A stretch of 63,430 bases of DNA, counting the filler, from Eremomyces bilateralis CBS 781.70 (taxonomy: Eukaryota): NCBI GenBank assembly GCA_010015585.1. It is 16 parts of 16 records of this genome, joined end to end, with 100 filler letters (N's around TTAATTAATTAA, not from the genome) between each part and the next. Parts side by side here need not be neighbours in the genome. Positions count along the whole stretch, not along the records: positions 24,525 to 29,675 come from ML975221.1; positions 29,776 to 33,893 come from ML975223.1; positions 33,994 to 38,032 come from ML975224.1; 13 more parts are not named here. One strand, given 5' to 3'. The notes beneath the pieces were generated by a model. The model was not told the DNA's origin. It ran no database searches and worked only from the letters and a program-made list of their open reading frames with translations. The position numbers and the translations under genes are program-made. Below are positions 24,893 to 36,418 of this stretch, one piece after another. How positions within the stretch are numbered: position 1 is the stretch's first letter; each line of letters opens with the position of its first letter.

Positions 24893-27800
24893 CCGGTCGA
24901 TCTCCGCTCGTGCCTCCTGCGCTTCCACCCGTGGACATGTCGTAACGACGTGATCGTGTCCGCGACATACCACACATACGCCCTGCCATTCGTCCAATCG
25001 CTGCTGCAATTGATCCACCGCCTGTGCCTCGTCCTGCCGTGCCTGTACCGCTCGTTGACGGATCGCCGCCAACCCTCTCCGCTGCTCATCGAATAGCATC
25101 GCTAAATGGGGCTCTTCCGACGACTCGTCGTCCGTTGATTCGTCGTCCGTTGACTCCTCGTCCGTAGTCTCGCGGTCGTCTGGGGGATCTAGTTCTTTTG
25201 CGGGTCGTACTTCCTTTCCTACGTCGACCTCTCTCGATCCTTAGACTTCCCCCGATTCTAATCTATCGATGGTTATTTCGTCGGAATCCTTGGAATCCTC
25301 CGTGCCGTCCGAATCGTCTGGCGTTTGCTCGTCGACCGCATGGTCGCCATCGGCCGAACCGTGGCGGGGCCGACATACATCGCACGCCTCCTCTCCTTCG
25401 CATCGACGCCGCCCCTGGCGCCCATCCAAATACTCGTCGAGTACGGTCCGCCGGCATCCTCCCCCTTGTAAAAACCGCTGTACTAACGTATCCTCGCTGG
25501 AATCGCCGACGACGATCGATCGACTAGGCCGCCCGTCCCGTCCCGCTCGTCCGCTCTCCTGTGCGAAATCTATTAAATTCCGGGGTACGTCGGCGTGAAC
25601 GATTAGCCGGATGTCCGGGATATCGACCCCCATCCCTAACGCGCTAGTGGCCACGACGATCCGGACCTCCCCGGTCCGAAATTCCTCTAAAACCTCCGCC
25701 TTTTTCTTGTCGGGCAGACCCGCATGGAACGCCTCGTATACGCCGAGCCCGCTTCGTGCTAACCGCTCGACCCGGGACCGGGAATTGCAATATACTACCA
25801 CCTTGCCGTCCTCCTGGTCCACCAGCCCTTCAATCACGGCGTCCTGTTCGTCCGGCCTGGCCCGGTGGTCGACGGAAACTACGGAATATCGGATGTTCGT
25901 CCGGACCGTCGGCTGTCGAATTACGACGCCCTCATCCTGCCAATGCATACGTTCCCGTAATATCCTCTCCTGGCTAGGCGGCAACGTGGCCGTCAACAAC
26001 ACCATCTGCGTCTCCGCGGCCACCAGCGACCCCAAGCGCTGTAACATGGGTCGGAAACCGGCTTGGTCGTTCAATATCACGTGACACTCGTCGATGACGA
26101 TCCGGTCTAACCGCTTCGTCGCCTTCAACCGGTTAATAAACGTCTGGAATTCGCCCGATACGGCCGACTCCGGCGTTACTAACACGATACTGTCGGCGTC
26201 GGGCGGCCGTCGACCGTTCCATTCGGCGCACCCGATCCCCAGCTCCCGGCATCGTCGCTTCATGTCCTTGCGTAATGCAACCAACGGTACCACGACAATG
26301 GTTGTCCCTCCCGGCTCGACCCACGCCGGCAACATAAACAGCACCGACTTGCCGGAACCGGTGGGCATAACCGAGATAACGGGACTAACCCCGGCTTGAA
26401 TCGCCTCGATGGCTTCCTGTTGGACCCCCCGGAGCGCAGCCTCCCGCCCCATCATACGCTGGAACTGCTCGGCCGCGTTCATCCTCCGCATACGCACCCA
26501 TCGCTCAAACCGCGCCTCGTTGGCGTCGTCCTCAAATGGACATAGTCGTTTCCGACTAATAGGTCGCTCTTGGGCGCTCTCGAACCCTAAAAACCGATGC
26601 CAATCGACGCTGGACCCCCGGAACCGCATCCGTGTGTCGGCCACCGCGCCGGCCATCTCCATGATGCCGCGGGAATACACCATCCCGGCCACGTGCGACG
26701 AATGGCCCGCCTGCAAGTCCGCAATCTCGTCGGCCTGCTCGGGATCGGGGGTATCCTCGTCGTGTATAAACGCCGTCGGGGCTCGTATGAACCGTCGACT
26801 AATCCCGATAGCGACATTCCGGTAATCCATAATGCCCAACCGATGCCCTAACCCGATCTCCGTCTCCTGCCGCAACACCGTGGCCATCCGTTCCGATGTC
26901 CACTGCCGACGGTACTCCTGCTTAGGCCACAGATGGGACGGAGACGGGATCTCGCCATTAACCAACGACTGCATACGCTGCTGGAACGGCAGCACCAGCC
27001 ACAAATATCGGATTACTAACTCGCCGACCTCCCGCGGCACGTACCGATGGATAATCTTAACGTTGCCGCTAATGGCGTATCCCTTGTGGTATTGGGTCAC
27101 GAACACGACCATGCCGTCCTCGATAAACACGTTCCGATGGGCCCCTTTGGCGGTATTCCGATGGCGAATGCTCAATAGCTCGGTCCCCCGTGCGGGCTGT
27201 CCGCCAGTAATGTGCATCAATACTAGTAACTTCTCGCGAAACCGGGATAGCTTGGTCATATAATCGTTCACTCCCTTCCGATGGACGCCGCTCTCGCTAT
27301 CGGGTCGCTCAAACTCCCGCCGCATTGCCTCGTGCTCGCCAATCCGGTCGAATAGCCATGTCTCTCCATTTACGGGGAATCGAGTCCGTTGGTCCTGTAA
27401 AAAGTTCCATCCGGGGCGTGCATTAGTCGCGTCGTCGCGCAACGACTCCCACGGAACGACGGGCATATCCCCGGCTCGATCGTCGGCGCAGAATAACAAT
27501 TCGCCTATAATCCGACGCGCCTCGAATAGTACCCCGTGGACCAGCCCCCGAAACTGGGCCATACTGAACTGGACGCCTTTATACAGTAACGTCTCGCTAT
27601 CGTTCCACTCGACATGGCCGCGGGCGGTCGTATTATAATGGATCTTCAGTCCGTACGTGCGCAGGTTCAGCATCCACTGCATGGGGCTCTTACTCCCCCG
27701 CACCATAAACCCGTCCATCATCCGGTCCACCCAATATAAACAGCTTTTCCGGGGGGTCAGACGAGATCCGCTCGGTTAACGGGTTCCCCCGCCCTCGTAC

Positions 27801-29218
27801 CCGCTGTCCTCGAAATCGATAATAGAGCTGGTCCAATACCCATCTTCCTGTAACGGATCGGCCATGTGGACCGCCTTCTGCACCACCATGAACCGGGCGC
27901 ACTTGATCACCGCCGATAAGATGGGTGGATAAGTTTCGGAATCCCTCCACGCGGTTTGGTCGACGCCTAATACGGCTAATGCGCACACTAATGGGCTCTC
28001 GTACTCGCTCTGCATGATCTCTTGGTTTAGCAGTTGGATACACAAATCCAAACATGCCCTCTGGATGGCCGTCATAGTTGGGGGGTCCTCTTGATTCAGT
28101 TCGTTTCCCTCGCGTCCTTCCTCTCCCTCTCCCTCCCCCCCTCCCTCCTCTCCCTCTCCCTCTTCCTCTTGGACTTGCTCCGCCTCCTCGATCAACCGGG
28201 TAAACGCCTGCATTTGGGCCTGGGTAAATCGGTACGGCGGGCTCTCCCATTCGTGTACTCGCTGCGTCCGCACGAAAAACATAAGCATCTGTCGCCACGG
28301 CTGTACTCGTCTCTCGATCGATTCGTGGTCCCAATACGTTTCCAACGGGTTATATCGCGTCTGATGCTCTTCGGTCCGAATCGCCTCTAGCCGAACGAAT
28401 ACCCCCGACTTAGACACCGTCTTTTGGCTGATCTGACCTACCATCATCATAGCGTCCCATACCGCCTGCTCCAACGGATCCCGATCCTCCCCGTTACTGC
28501 CGGGCTTGGCCACCGACGCCATTAATTCGGCGCGCTCGTACTGGCCTGGTATTAAATACTTCGCCCATCCCGTTCGCTCTAACCACGGGTTCGCCTCGTC
28601 CTTCTCTCCGGCTTCGATCCGGGTTCGGATCCGCTTCTCAATCTCCTGGAACTTTTGCTCGGCCTTCTATTGAATCCGCTTCCACGAATTAGTCCGCCCT
28701 TAGGGGTTCGGATGGGGTAACCGTGGGGTAACCCGGAAATATTGCGAGCTATAGCGACTGGGGAAAAACCGTTGATATAATACCTTCTCCGTAGCCGCCT
28801 CGAACCGTCTCTGCACGATATCCTTCTCGGTCTTGCCTGGTCGACCCGCTCTTCCTTTCCTTTGTCGTTCGGTAACCGTCCACTTATGCTCGGTTCGCCA
28901 GTGCTCGATTATAACCGGTCGTCCACGGAATATCTTTCGGCAATCCCCCTTTATACACATGAAACCGTCTTCATATAACGGTAACGCGTTGATAGGCTTA
29001 TCGACGGTATAGGGGACCTGTAATTCCTCATAACTCCGGGTTAATCCACGCCAACGATGGACGGCGCTAGCAATCTCCTGGCTTTGCGCACGCTTCAGCT
29101 TATGGTGTGGCCCGCTTAAATGCCCTGCGACGTCCTTTGGCCAGACGCAATACTTGCATTCGTTGCATACAATCAGTCCGAACACCGGGATACGCGTGAA
29201 ATAATCGTAGGGATCCAT
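24893..29218 (-). pseudogene. TLH-like gene (>1440 codons): DUF3505-like Zn finger, tyrosine-recombinase-like domain, RecQ helicase; five in-frame TAA/TAG stops; 3' end cut by an LTR
   Basis: ORFs 28700-29218, 27776-28522, 25241-27730 and 24857-25099 share one frame; CNEC..HL..HH, NPWLERTGW, GQPARGTEL, QAGH...Y, PTGSGKS, DECH, QESGRAGR. Confidence 0.85.
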
Positions 29219-29675
29219 CGAGCGGTTAGTGACTGTAGCGAGCGGTTGACCTCAGCAATCAATCGTTAGCTTCAGCGATCAGTTGTTGACTTCAGCGAGC
29301 GGTTGTTGACTCTAGCGATCCGTTGTTGACTCCAGCGATCAGTTGTTGACTCCAGAGATGAGTTGGTGACTTCAGCGAGCGGTTGGTGGCTGTAGCGAGC
29401 GGTTGGCCTCAGCGATCAATCGCCAACTTCAGCGATTAGTTGTTGACTCCAGCGATCAGTTGTTGACTCCAGCGATCCGTTGACTCCAGCGATCAGTTGT
29501 TCACTCCAGCGATCAGGTGTTGACCTCAGCGATCAATCGTTAACTCCAGAAATGAGTTGGTGACTCCAGCGATCAGTTGCTGACTCCAGCGATCCGTTGT
29601 TGACTTCAGCGATCAATCGTCAACTCCAGCAATGAGTTGGTGACTCCAGCGATCAGTTGTTGACTTCAGCGATCA
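29219..29675. repeat. Degenerate tandem array of ~18-21-bp units (CCAGCGATCAGTTGTTGACT-like) upstream of the TLH-like ATG
   Basis: About 20 units running to the contig end. Confidence 0.9.
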
Positions 29676-29785
29676 NNNNNNNNNNNNNNNNNNNNNNNNN
29701 NNNNNNNNNNNNNNNNNNNTTAATTAATTAANNNNNNNNNNNNNNNNNNNNNNNNNNNNNNNNNNNNNNNNNNNNATTAAGAATT

Positions 29786-29867
29786 TAATTTCCACCATTG
29801 CTAGCGTGGTGGGAAAATAGCATTTGGTGGGAAAATAACAAAACCTGGTGGGAAAATATCACCAGCC
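29786..29867. mobile_element. Probable DNA-transposon terminus, 3x GGTGGGAAAATA, ending CACCAGCC
   Basis: Same layout and same terminal 8 bp as 45314-45394. Confidence 0.5.
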
Positions 29868-30177
29868 TTACATAAGTTAATGTTTCCGTAAATCAAACAT
29901 TATTGAGTTATAATAACATCTTATTACTTGTACGCCCAATAGGTATTGATCGCTCACTGACTAGATCGTGAGTAGTCCCCGTCACATAAGTTCTCTTAAT
30001 CTTAAATAATTAATAGTAGTCGATAAGAGACTCTACACAAAACAAGCTTCAGTATTTTATACAGCTATTTAATCCACCCATAAGCTATTAGTGATCTAGT
30101 ACCTTGAGAAAGCGGCTCTATCCGGGACATTGGCCTGTCTGAACCTGCCAAACCGACAATTAAACGTCAGTAATGCC

Positions 30178-30990
30178 TCACGGGAGAGGCGTATATGCGG
30201 AGTCGAACTTCTTGTATCCTACACCCTGGACGAAAGTCTGCATCCACGGGCCCTGCGTCTTGTCGTGGGCTAGGTCCCAGTAGAGTTCCGCATGTGTATC
30301 ACCACTGATTTGGTATCTGGCCGCTCCGTCCGCCTTGCGTTCGTCGGTATAGTAGAATCTTCACGTCGCTAGTCTGTCACGCGCGAATTCCTGAAGTAGA
30401 TAGAGGGCTTACTTATATCCGCGATCTTTGTAGGCCTCTGCGGCCGCCCAGATCATGTGAGCGGCGCCCGACTTACCGATACCCTGGGACATCAATTTCG
30501 GGATGGTGGCGACGTTGGTGATATTGCCGGTGTAGATGAAAGTGCGCGCAGCTGACGCTGGAAGCTGTGCAAAGCCTAAGACTGCTTGTTGCGCGGCGAC
30601 AAAGGCACTGAAGATATTGATATTCGTAACGTGATTCAAGTCAGCCAAGGAGAGGCTGAGCGGGTCGTCGGCGGGGGTAAAGCTCGCGGCGCTGGCTGCT
30701 ACGCGTTAGTCAATCGGTAACTGCACGGCAGGGGACGGGGGCTGACCGTTGTAGACAACGACACTGGGGATGCCGAATACCTGCTTCACCTTGTCAAAGG
30801 CATTGAGTACACTATCGGTGTTGGAGAGGTCGCTCGGGATGTTCAGCTGTTCGTCGGTGCTATCAGCCTCCTTCAGCGAGCGAGCGGCAAGCGCGACTTT
30901 GTAGCCCTTGGACGCAAAGGTGCGCGCGACGGACATGCCAACATTGGCGCCCGCACCGAAGATAAGGACAATAGGGGATTTGGCGGCCAT
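30178..30990 (-). CDS. Short-chain dehydrogenase/reductase, 236 aa; complement(join(30178..30358,30413..30698,30747..30990))
   Basis: GAGANVG Rossmann motif, VVVYNA, IYTGN, GKS; two GT-AG introns. Confidence 0.85.
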
Positions 30991-31672
30991 TGTTTGATAT
31001 TGGGTGGACTAATAATAAATTAATTGGGAGTGTTTCGTATTTGCTCGTGCCTTGAAGGGCGGAGAAGTTAGGTATAAGGGTTATCGAGTATGATGTCTTC
31101 TGAATGCTATACATGGCTGAGTCGTACTTATAGTCCTCTGTACTCTTACTTCTAGTAGTATATAACTTACTTATATTAATCCTTGTTAGGCCATACCACG
31201 TCATAGCCGTCGTTCTATAAGGGGCAGACGTTCTAATACTTGGCGTTGCTAAGTAATAAACAGCCCGTAAGGCCGATTACTAATCTTTAGCCCTATCGTA
31301 AGTTAACCTATTACTAACTACTATTCACATTCTGTTAATCAAAAGCTGCGCCCTAGATTTCACCCGCAGCTATTTATTAGCCCGGGCAATTTAATAAGCG
31401 AAGAGTATATTTATAATCTTCTCGCTTGGCCGAATAAACAGTTAATATTAATGTTTAGCGTTATTCCTCTTGCGGCTTAATACGCGAGCTATAGTTCGGA
31501 CCGCCCTTGCTTGTATTGTGGAGAGACCTTAGATTTCTTTGTCATCCATTAATCATCTCAGGCAGTGGCTCATATTTAAAAGTATTATTTAACAGTACTT
31601 ATAAGTGCTTTGGAACTTCATCTTGTCAACATTCTACCAACTCAGCAAAATAATCAACTACAATCCTTTACA

Positions 31673-32671
31673 ATGGCACCTCAAAGCATCTTTCTCGTCG
31701 GCGCTGGATATGTCGGACAGAACGTCTTCGATTAGCTTCTCGCAGCGAAATATCCAGTCACAGTCTTTGTACGGCGACAAGAGCAAGCATCAATATTCGA
31801 GAAGGCCGGGGCAAAAACCGTCCTCGGTACCTTGAGCGATCTCGAGCTGCTTACGAAGCAAGCCGCTCTGCATAAAATGACCATAAACACAGCATCATCC
31901 GACGACCTGCCAAGTGTAGAAGCCATACTGTCAGGCGTGCGCCAGCGTGTTCATGCGGGCCTGCCGAGTATTTATATCTATACGAGCGGATCGGGCGTGC
32001 TCGATGATGGTATAATAGGGATGCATAAGGACGGTAAAGCCTACGGCGACGATGTTCCAGGAGATATCGACGCCTTGCCGCCCTCTTCCATCCACCGCCA
32101 CGTGGACATCCCAATCGTCCAAGCAGCGCATGAGTTTGGAGAGAGGGCAAAGATCGCCATCATTCTTCCTGCACTTGTCTATGGGGTGGACCGGGTCCAT
32201 AAGCGCAATTCTTTCGTGCTGCCGATTCTGGTGCGCTTCACGTTGAAGCATGGGTTTGCAGGCCATGTGGGTGAAGGTCGGAATGTATGGAGTGTCATTC
32301 ACGTCAAAGACCTTGGGCGCGCCTATATGACGATGTTGGCATATATTGAGAAGTCCGCACCAGCAACAATCCTGGAGAATCCATACTTTTTCGCCGAAAA
32401 CGGGTCCGAGGTCTTAATGCGTGAGGTTGCAGAAAAGCTTAGCCAAGTTCTGTTCGAGGCTAGCAAGATCAAGGGTCCTAAGGTCCAGACATTTACTGAA
32501 GCCGACTATGCGGATATTTTGGGTCCTATGACTCCTGTTCTTGGTTGTAATGCGAGAACTCGTACGATCAGGTTACGGGAATTGGGTTGGGAACCCAAGG
32601 AGAAGGATGTTTAGACTACTTGGAAGGAGGAGGAAGTTCCAGCGATATTGGCTGCAATGGACTCGGCGTGA
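31673..32671 (+). pseudogene. NAD-dependent epimerase/dehydratase-family pseudogene
   Basis: GAGYVG, YTSG, LVYG, WSVIHVKDL and LGWEP in one frame; premature TAG at 31733 and 32612. Confidence 0.8.
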
Positions 32672-33257
32672 GAAGGGGAATGAAATCCTCTTATTCGCGT
32701 ATTCATAACCTGGCTTTATATGATTAATCTTGTTTACACAAATAGACGCTACATCTCGAAACAATTGATTTTTCTTTAATAGTGTTATACCGATGCAAAT
32801 AAGCTATCTACAATATCCACGTCCGCCAATCTCTGCACGACCAAACCCTACCGGCTGGGATATTGAAGTCATTCAATTGTATAGTAGGTTCTGTAGTATA
32901 TAAGAAAGCACAGCTTGAGATGGGAAGAGGGGTATTTTGATGAGAGGCAGTTGTTTTTTGAACCGTTATACAAGAACCTCTCCATCAAAAATATATAAGA
33001 AATACATCCCATCTTCCTCATCCTCCCAAGTCTACCTCCCAAGTCTACCACGAAGCCTTAAACTAAAAACCAGAGCTATCAAACGGCCAGCCAACAAGGC
33101 CAATAGAAAGCCTACTACCGGCCTCGGGCTCCTTAACCTGTGCCTAAGCTCATCCACATCCTAGTATCGTCCACACAAACTTGCCGTTCAGGAAGCGCGC
33201 TTTGGGACTGGCAAGCCAAACGTTAAACCCGCCCGGCAGGGAAACTAAGGTCTAGAT

Positions 33258-33600
33258 ATGTGGCTTGAAAACCACTCCATAGAAGATTTTATGATCCGCT
33301 TCATACCAAGAATGGAACATGAGGTCTTAGAACGGGTGGAAGCGAGGACGAACTCGGAAGGAAGCCAGAGCAACCTACTCCTTTCTGTCCGGATGCGTGA
33401 CTCCTGGGGGACCGGAAGGTTCTGGTTCGACTATGGAATCAGGAAGAGTTTCGACATCGATACGGTCTATTAGGCTGCACTTCACAAGGATGGGGATTAT
33501 GTGCTTAATAACAAGATGAGAGAAGAGATAGAGAAGTTAGCGGATCTGAAGATGGAGCAGTTGAAAGCTTATGATGCAGAGTGTAAGGTCCGATTTTCTT
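33258..33600 (+). pseudogene. Degenerate fragment resembling the C-terminus of fungal APH-like phosphotransferases
   Basis: LSVRMRDSWGTGRFWFDYGIRKSFDIDTVY followed by an in-frame TAG; TA-rich context. Confidence 0.4.
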
Positions 33601-33780
33601 TCATGAGATTAGGTTTTCGCAGGCGATACTTGTTCATATGGTTGCTGAACGAGAGATGTAGCGGAGATATCTTTCTATGCTCACTAATCCTAGCGTCTGA
33701 GGCTATAAACTGGATTAGTAAACGTGTCGGAAAGACCGCAGAAAACGGCATCAGAAACCTCCGTTTTTGGAGGCCATTCC

Positions 33781-33893
33781 TGTCGCATTTATGCGGGGAT
33801 GATGATTAAGCACGATTGCTGCTTAAGCTCAGTTACTGTAGAGTCATAACGCAAATTGGTATTAACGATTCCCATTGTCTAGGAAAAGAGATC
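33781..33893. mobile_element. Partial LTR-like repeat (family C)
   Basis: Starts TGTCGCAT; reverse complement of ~50561-50672. Confidence 0.7.
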
Positions 33894-33999
33894 NNNNNNN
33901 NNNNNNNNNNNNNNNNNNNNNNNNNNNNNNNNNNNNNTTAATTAATTAANNNNNNNNNNNNNNNNNNNNNNNNNNNNNNNNNNNNNNNNNNNNCAATTA

Positions 34000-36132
34000 G
34001 TGGTAGACGCCTCGAAGAAGCAGCAATGGCATCCTGTGGCATTTTTCTCACGAAAGATGATCCCAGCGGAACGTAATTATGATACCCACGACCATGAGAT
34101 GCTTGCAATTGTCTCGTCGTTTAAGCACTGGCGTCACTACCTTGAAGGTGCCAAGTACAAGGTTGAGGTGCTTACGGATCATAATAATCTCCGTTACTTC
34201 ATGACAACCAAAGAGTTGACTAGAAGGCAAGCTCGTTGGGCAGAATGGCTCTCTGCCTTCGACTTTCAGCTCACCTACCGGCAAGGGAAGCTGAATCCGG
34301 CCGATGCCCCATCCCGTCGGCCGGATTACCTTAAAGAGGCCCAAAAGGGTCGACAAGGTGAAGACGAGACGCTCGACGGAGTGCTCGCGTCGCTTCAGCG
34401 CCAGTTGGCGTCTCCCCAGAGTGAAGGCACTCCACTAGGGATATCTGAAGCATATCTTGCAGCATTCAGTGTTGCTGAGGAAGAGGAAGCGCAACCTCAT
34501 ACCTCTCCTATCCAGTACGTGGGAACAGGCGCGCCTGGACAGGAAACGACATATATGCCGTCAGACTCGGTTTCTAGTGCTATCGTAAGTGCCATGGGCA
34601 CTGATCAGTACGCAGAAGAGCTGCGCAAGTCCATAGAGGCAGATGCCACGCAGTTAGAGCCTGATAGCAGTCGGAGTCGGAGCATCGCTGCCATTCAGAA
34701 GCGATGGCGGGTCGATGGAGACTTTCTCCGCTATTGCGACCGTATATACGTCCCAGCGGGCGAAATACGGTTGCGAGTACTCCATCAGTGTCATGACGAT
34801 CCTCTTTCAGGCCATTTCGGATTCACAAGGACGTTTGAGCTCCTTAGCCGGACATTCTGGTGGCCAGGGATGCGTGCATACACAAAAGATTACGTCAAGT
34901 CTTGTGAGGCCTGCGCGAGAGCCAAAGCGCCACGGAAGAAGACCTTTGGGGTCCTAAAGGCACTGCCTATTCCTACCAAGGCCTGGTGCGACATTGCACT
35001 CGACTTTATCACAGACTTGCCGCCTTCTAAGTGCAGAGGGCGGACGTATGACTCTGTTCTCGTCATAATTGATCGGTTCACAAAGATGGCACATTACATA
35101 CCCGCAACAAAGACCATAAAAGCCCCCGAACTAGCTGAAGAGTTCATTTGGGAGATCATACGCTTACATGGAGTGCCAAAAACAATCGTTTCGGACCGCG
35201 GACCACTGTTCACGGGTGGGTATTGGAGCAATTTCTGTTACCACCTCAGCGTTAGGTGCAAATTCTCTACAGCATACCACCCACAGACAGACGGCCAGAC
35301 CGAAAGACAGAATCAGACGCTCGAGCAGTATCTTCGCTGTTATTGTTCCTATGAACAGGACGATTGGGCAGTACATTTACCCCTTGCGGAGTTCGCTTAC
35401 AATGATTCAGTTCATGCTACTACCGGGATGACACCATTTGTGGCGAACAATGGTCAACATCCGCGACGAGGGGAAATGCCCGGCGAACGGTACCAAAAGG
35501 GTATCAATGTACCTGCTGCAGATCGAGCGGAACGCATTCTCAGCCTCCAGAAGGCTATGCGTGAGAATCTGGTTAGGGCAGTCGAAAGCCACGCCAGAGG
35601 GTACGACAAGACCCATCAAGATCATCGTTTTGCCATTGGAGATAAGGTTTACCTTGCAACAACCAACATTAACACGACAAGACCATCCAAGAAGCTTGAC
35701 TATAAGCAAATTGGCCCCTACGAGATCACGGAGGTGGTCAGTAGTCATGCTTATCGCCTGAAGCTGCCAAAGACGCTCCAAATCCACGATGTGTTCCATA
35801 TTTCACTCTTGCACCCGCATTACGCTGCGAAGGACACGGATAGGGCGCAAAAGGCACCGACGCAGATCGTTTCGCAGGACACGGAGGACACGTATGTGGT
35901 TGAGGAAATCTTAGAGAAGAAACAAGACGGTATGGGTCGTTGGACGTATCTGATCAAGTGGAAGGGCTATGATGAGTCCGAAAACACTTGGGAACCAGCC
36001 GAACATATCTCCAAGTCGGCTATGGCAGCCTTTGAGCGCCGAATGGGCCTAAGGGGGTCCAAAAGGAAGCGTCAAGAGCCAGAGGCTGCTAAAGGACCAC
36101 CAAAGAAGCGTGGCAGACCGCGTAAGGCATGA
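34000..36132 (+). CDS. Pol, 5'-partial: RNase H, integrase, chromodomain, AT-hook
   Basis: PVAFFSRK..ERNY..E, HDDPLSGH..CEAC, LDFI, SDRG, GQTER, GPY, YLIKWKGYDESENTWEP, KKRGRPRK. Confidence 0.95.
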   Translation: MVDASKKQQWHPVAFFSRKMIPAERNYDTHDHEMLAIVSSFKHWRHYLEGAKYKVEVLTDHNNLRYFMTTKELTRRQARWAEWLSAFDFQLTYRQGKLNPADAPSRRPDYLKEAQKGRQGEDETLDGVLASLQRQLASPQSEGTPLGISEAYLAAFSVAEEEEAQPHTSPIQYVGTGAPGQETTYMPSDSVSSAIVSAMGTDQYAEELRKSIEADATQLEPDSSRSRSIAAIQKRWRVDGDFLRYCDRIYVPAGEIRLRVLHQCHDDPLSGHFGFTRTFELLSRTFWWPGMRAYTKDYVKSCEACARAKAPRKKTFGVLKALPIPTKAWCDIALDFITDLPPSKCRGRTYDSVLVIIDRFTKMAHYIPATKTIKAPELAEEFIWEIIRLHGVPKTIVSDRGPLFTGGYWSNFCYHLSVRCKFSTAYHPQTDGQTERQNQTLEQYLRCYCSYEQDDWAVHLPLAEFAYNDSVHATTGMTPFVANNGQHPRRGEMPGERYQKGINVPAADRAERILSLQKAMRENLVRAVESHARGYDKTHQDHRFAIGDKVYLATTNINTTRPSKKLDYKQIGPYEITEVVSSHAYRLKLPKTLQIHDVFHISLLHPHYAAKDTDRAQKAPTQIVSQDTEDTYVVEEILEKKQDGMGRWTYLIKWKGYDESENTWEPAEHISKSAMAAFERRMGLRGSKRKRQEPEAAKGPPKKRGRPRKA

Positions 36133-36418
36133 GAACTCTTTCCCTCCTTTTTCCCCACGAAGGGTTTTTTGGAAGGGTTTTAGCGAGCTCATGGTGCGAT
36201 TGTCACGTTTGGTCCTTTGGGCACTGATGAACCTATTCTGCCAAGATCACCTGGATCAGAAGAGAAGTATGAGGTCCCATTTGCCCAGAAGGCTACGCTA
36301 TGCTATGTTTCGCTAAGCTATGCCGCTAATAACATGAGTTTCGACCTACCGCCATCGCAGTGGCGCGTTTCGAATCGTACTCTACCCGATGGTACCTTTG
36401 GGTACCAACTCCACCTGT

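Noticed and set aside
29219..29675. CRISPR-like array
   Set aside because: Degenerate head-to-tail units without unique spacers; eukaryotic DNA; no cas genes
32612..32614. TAG at a likely Trp position as an A-to-I editing site
   Set aside because: A second stop at 31733 and TA-rich flanks favour RIP
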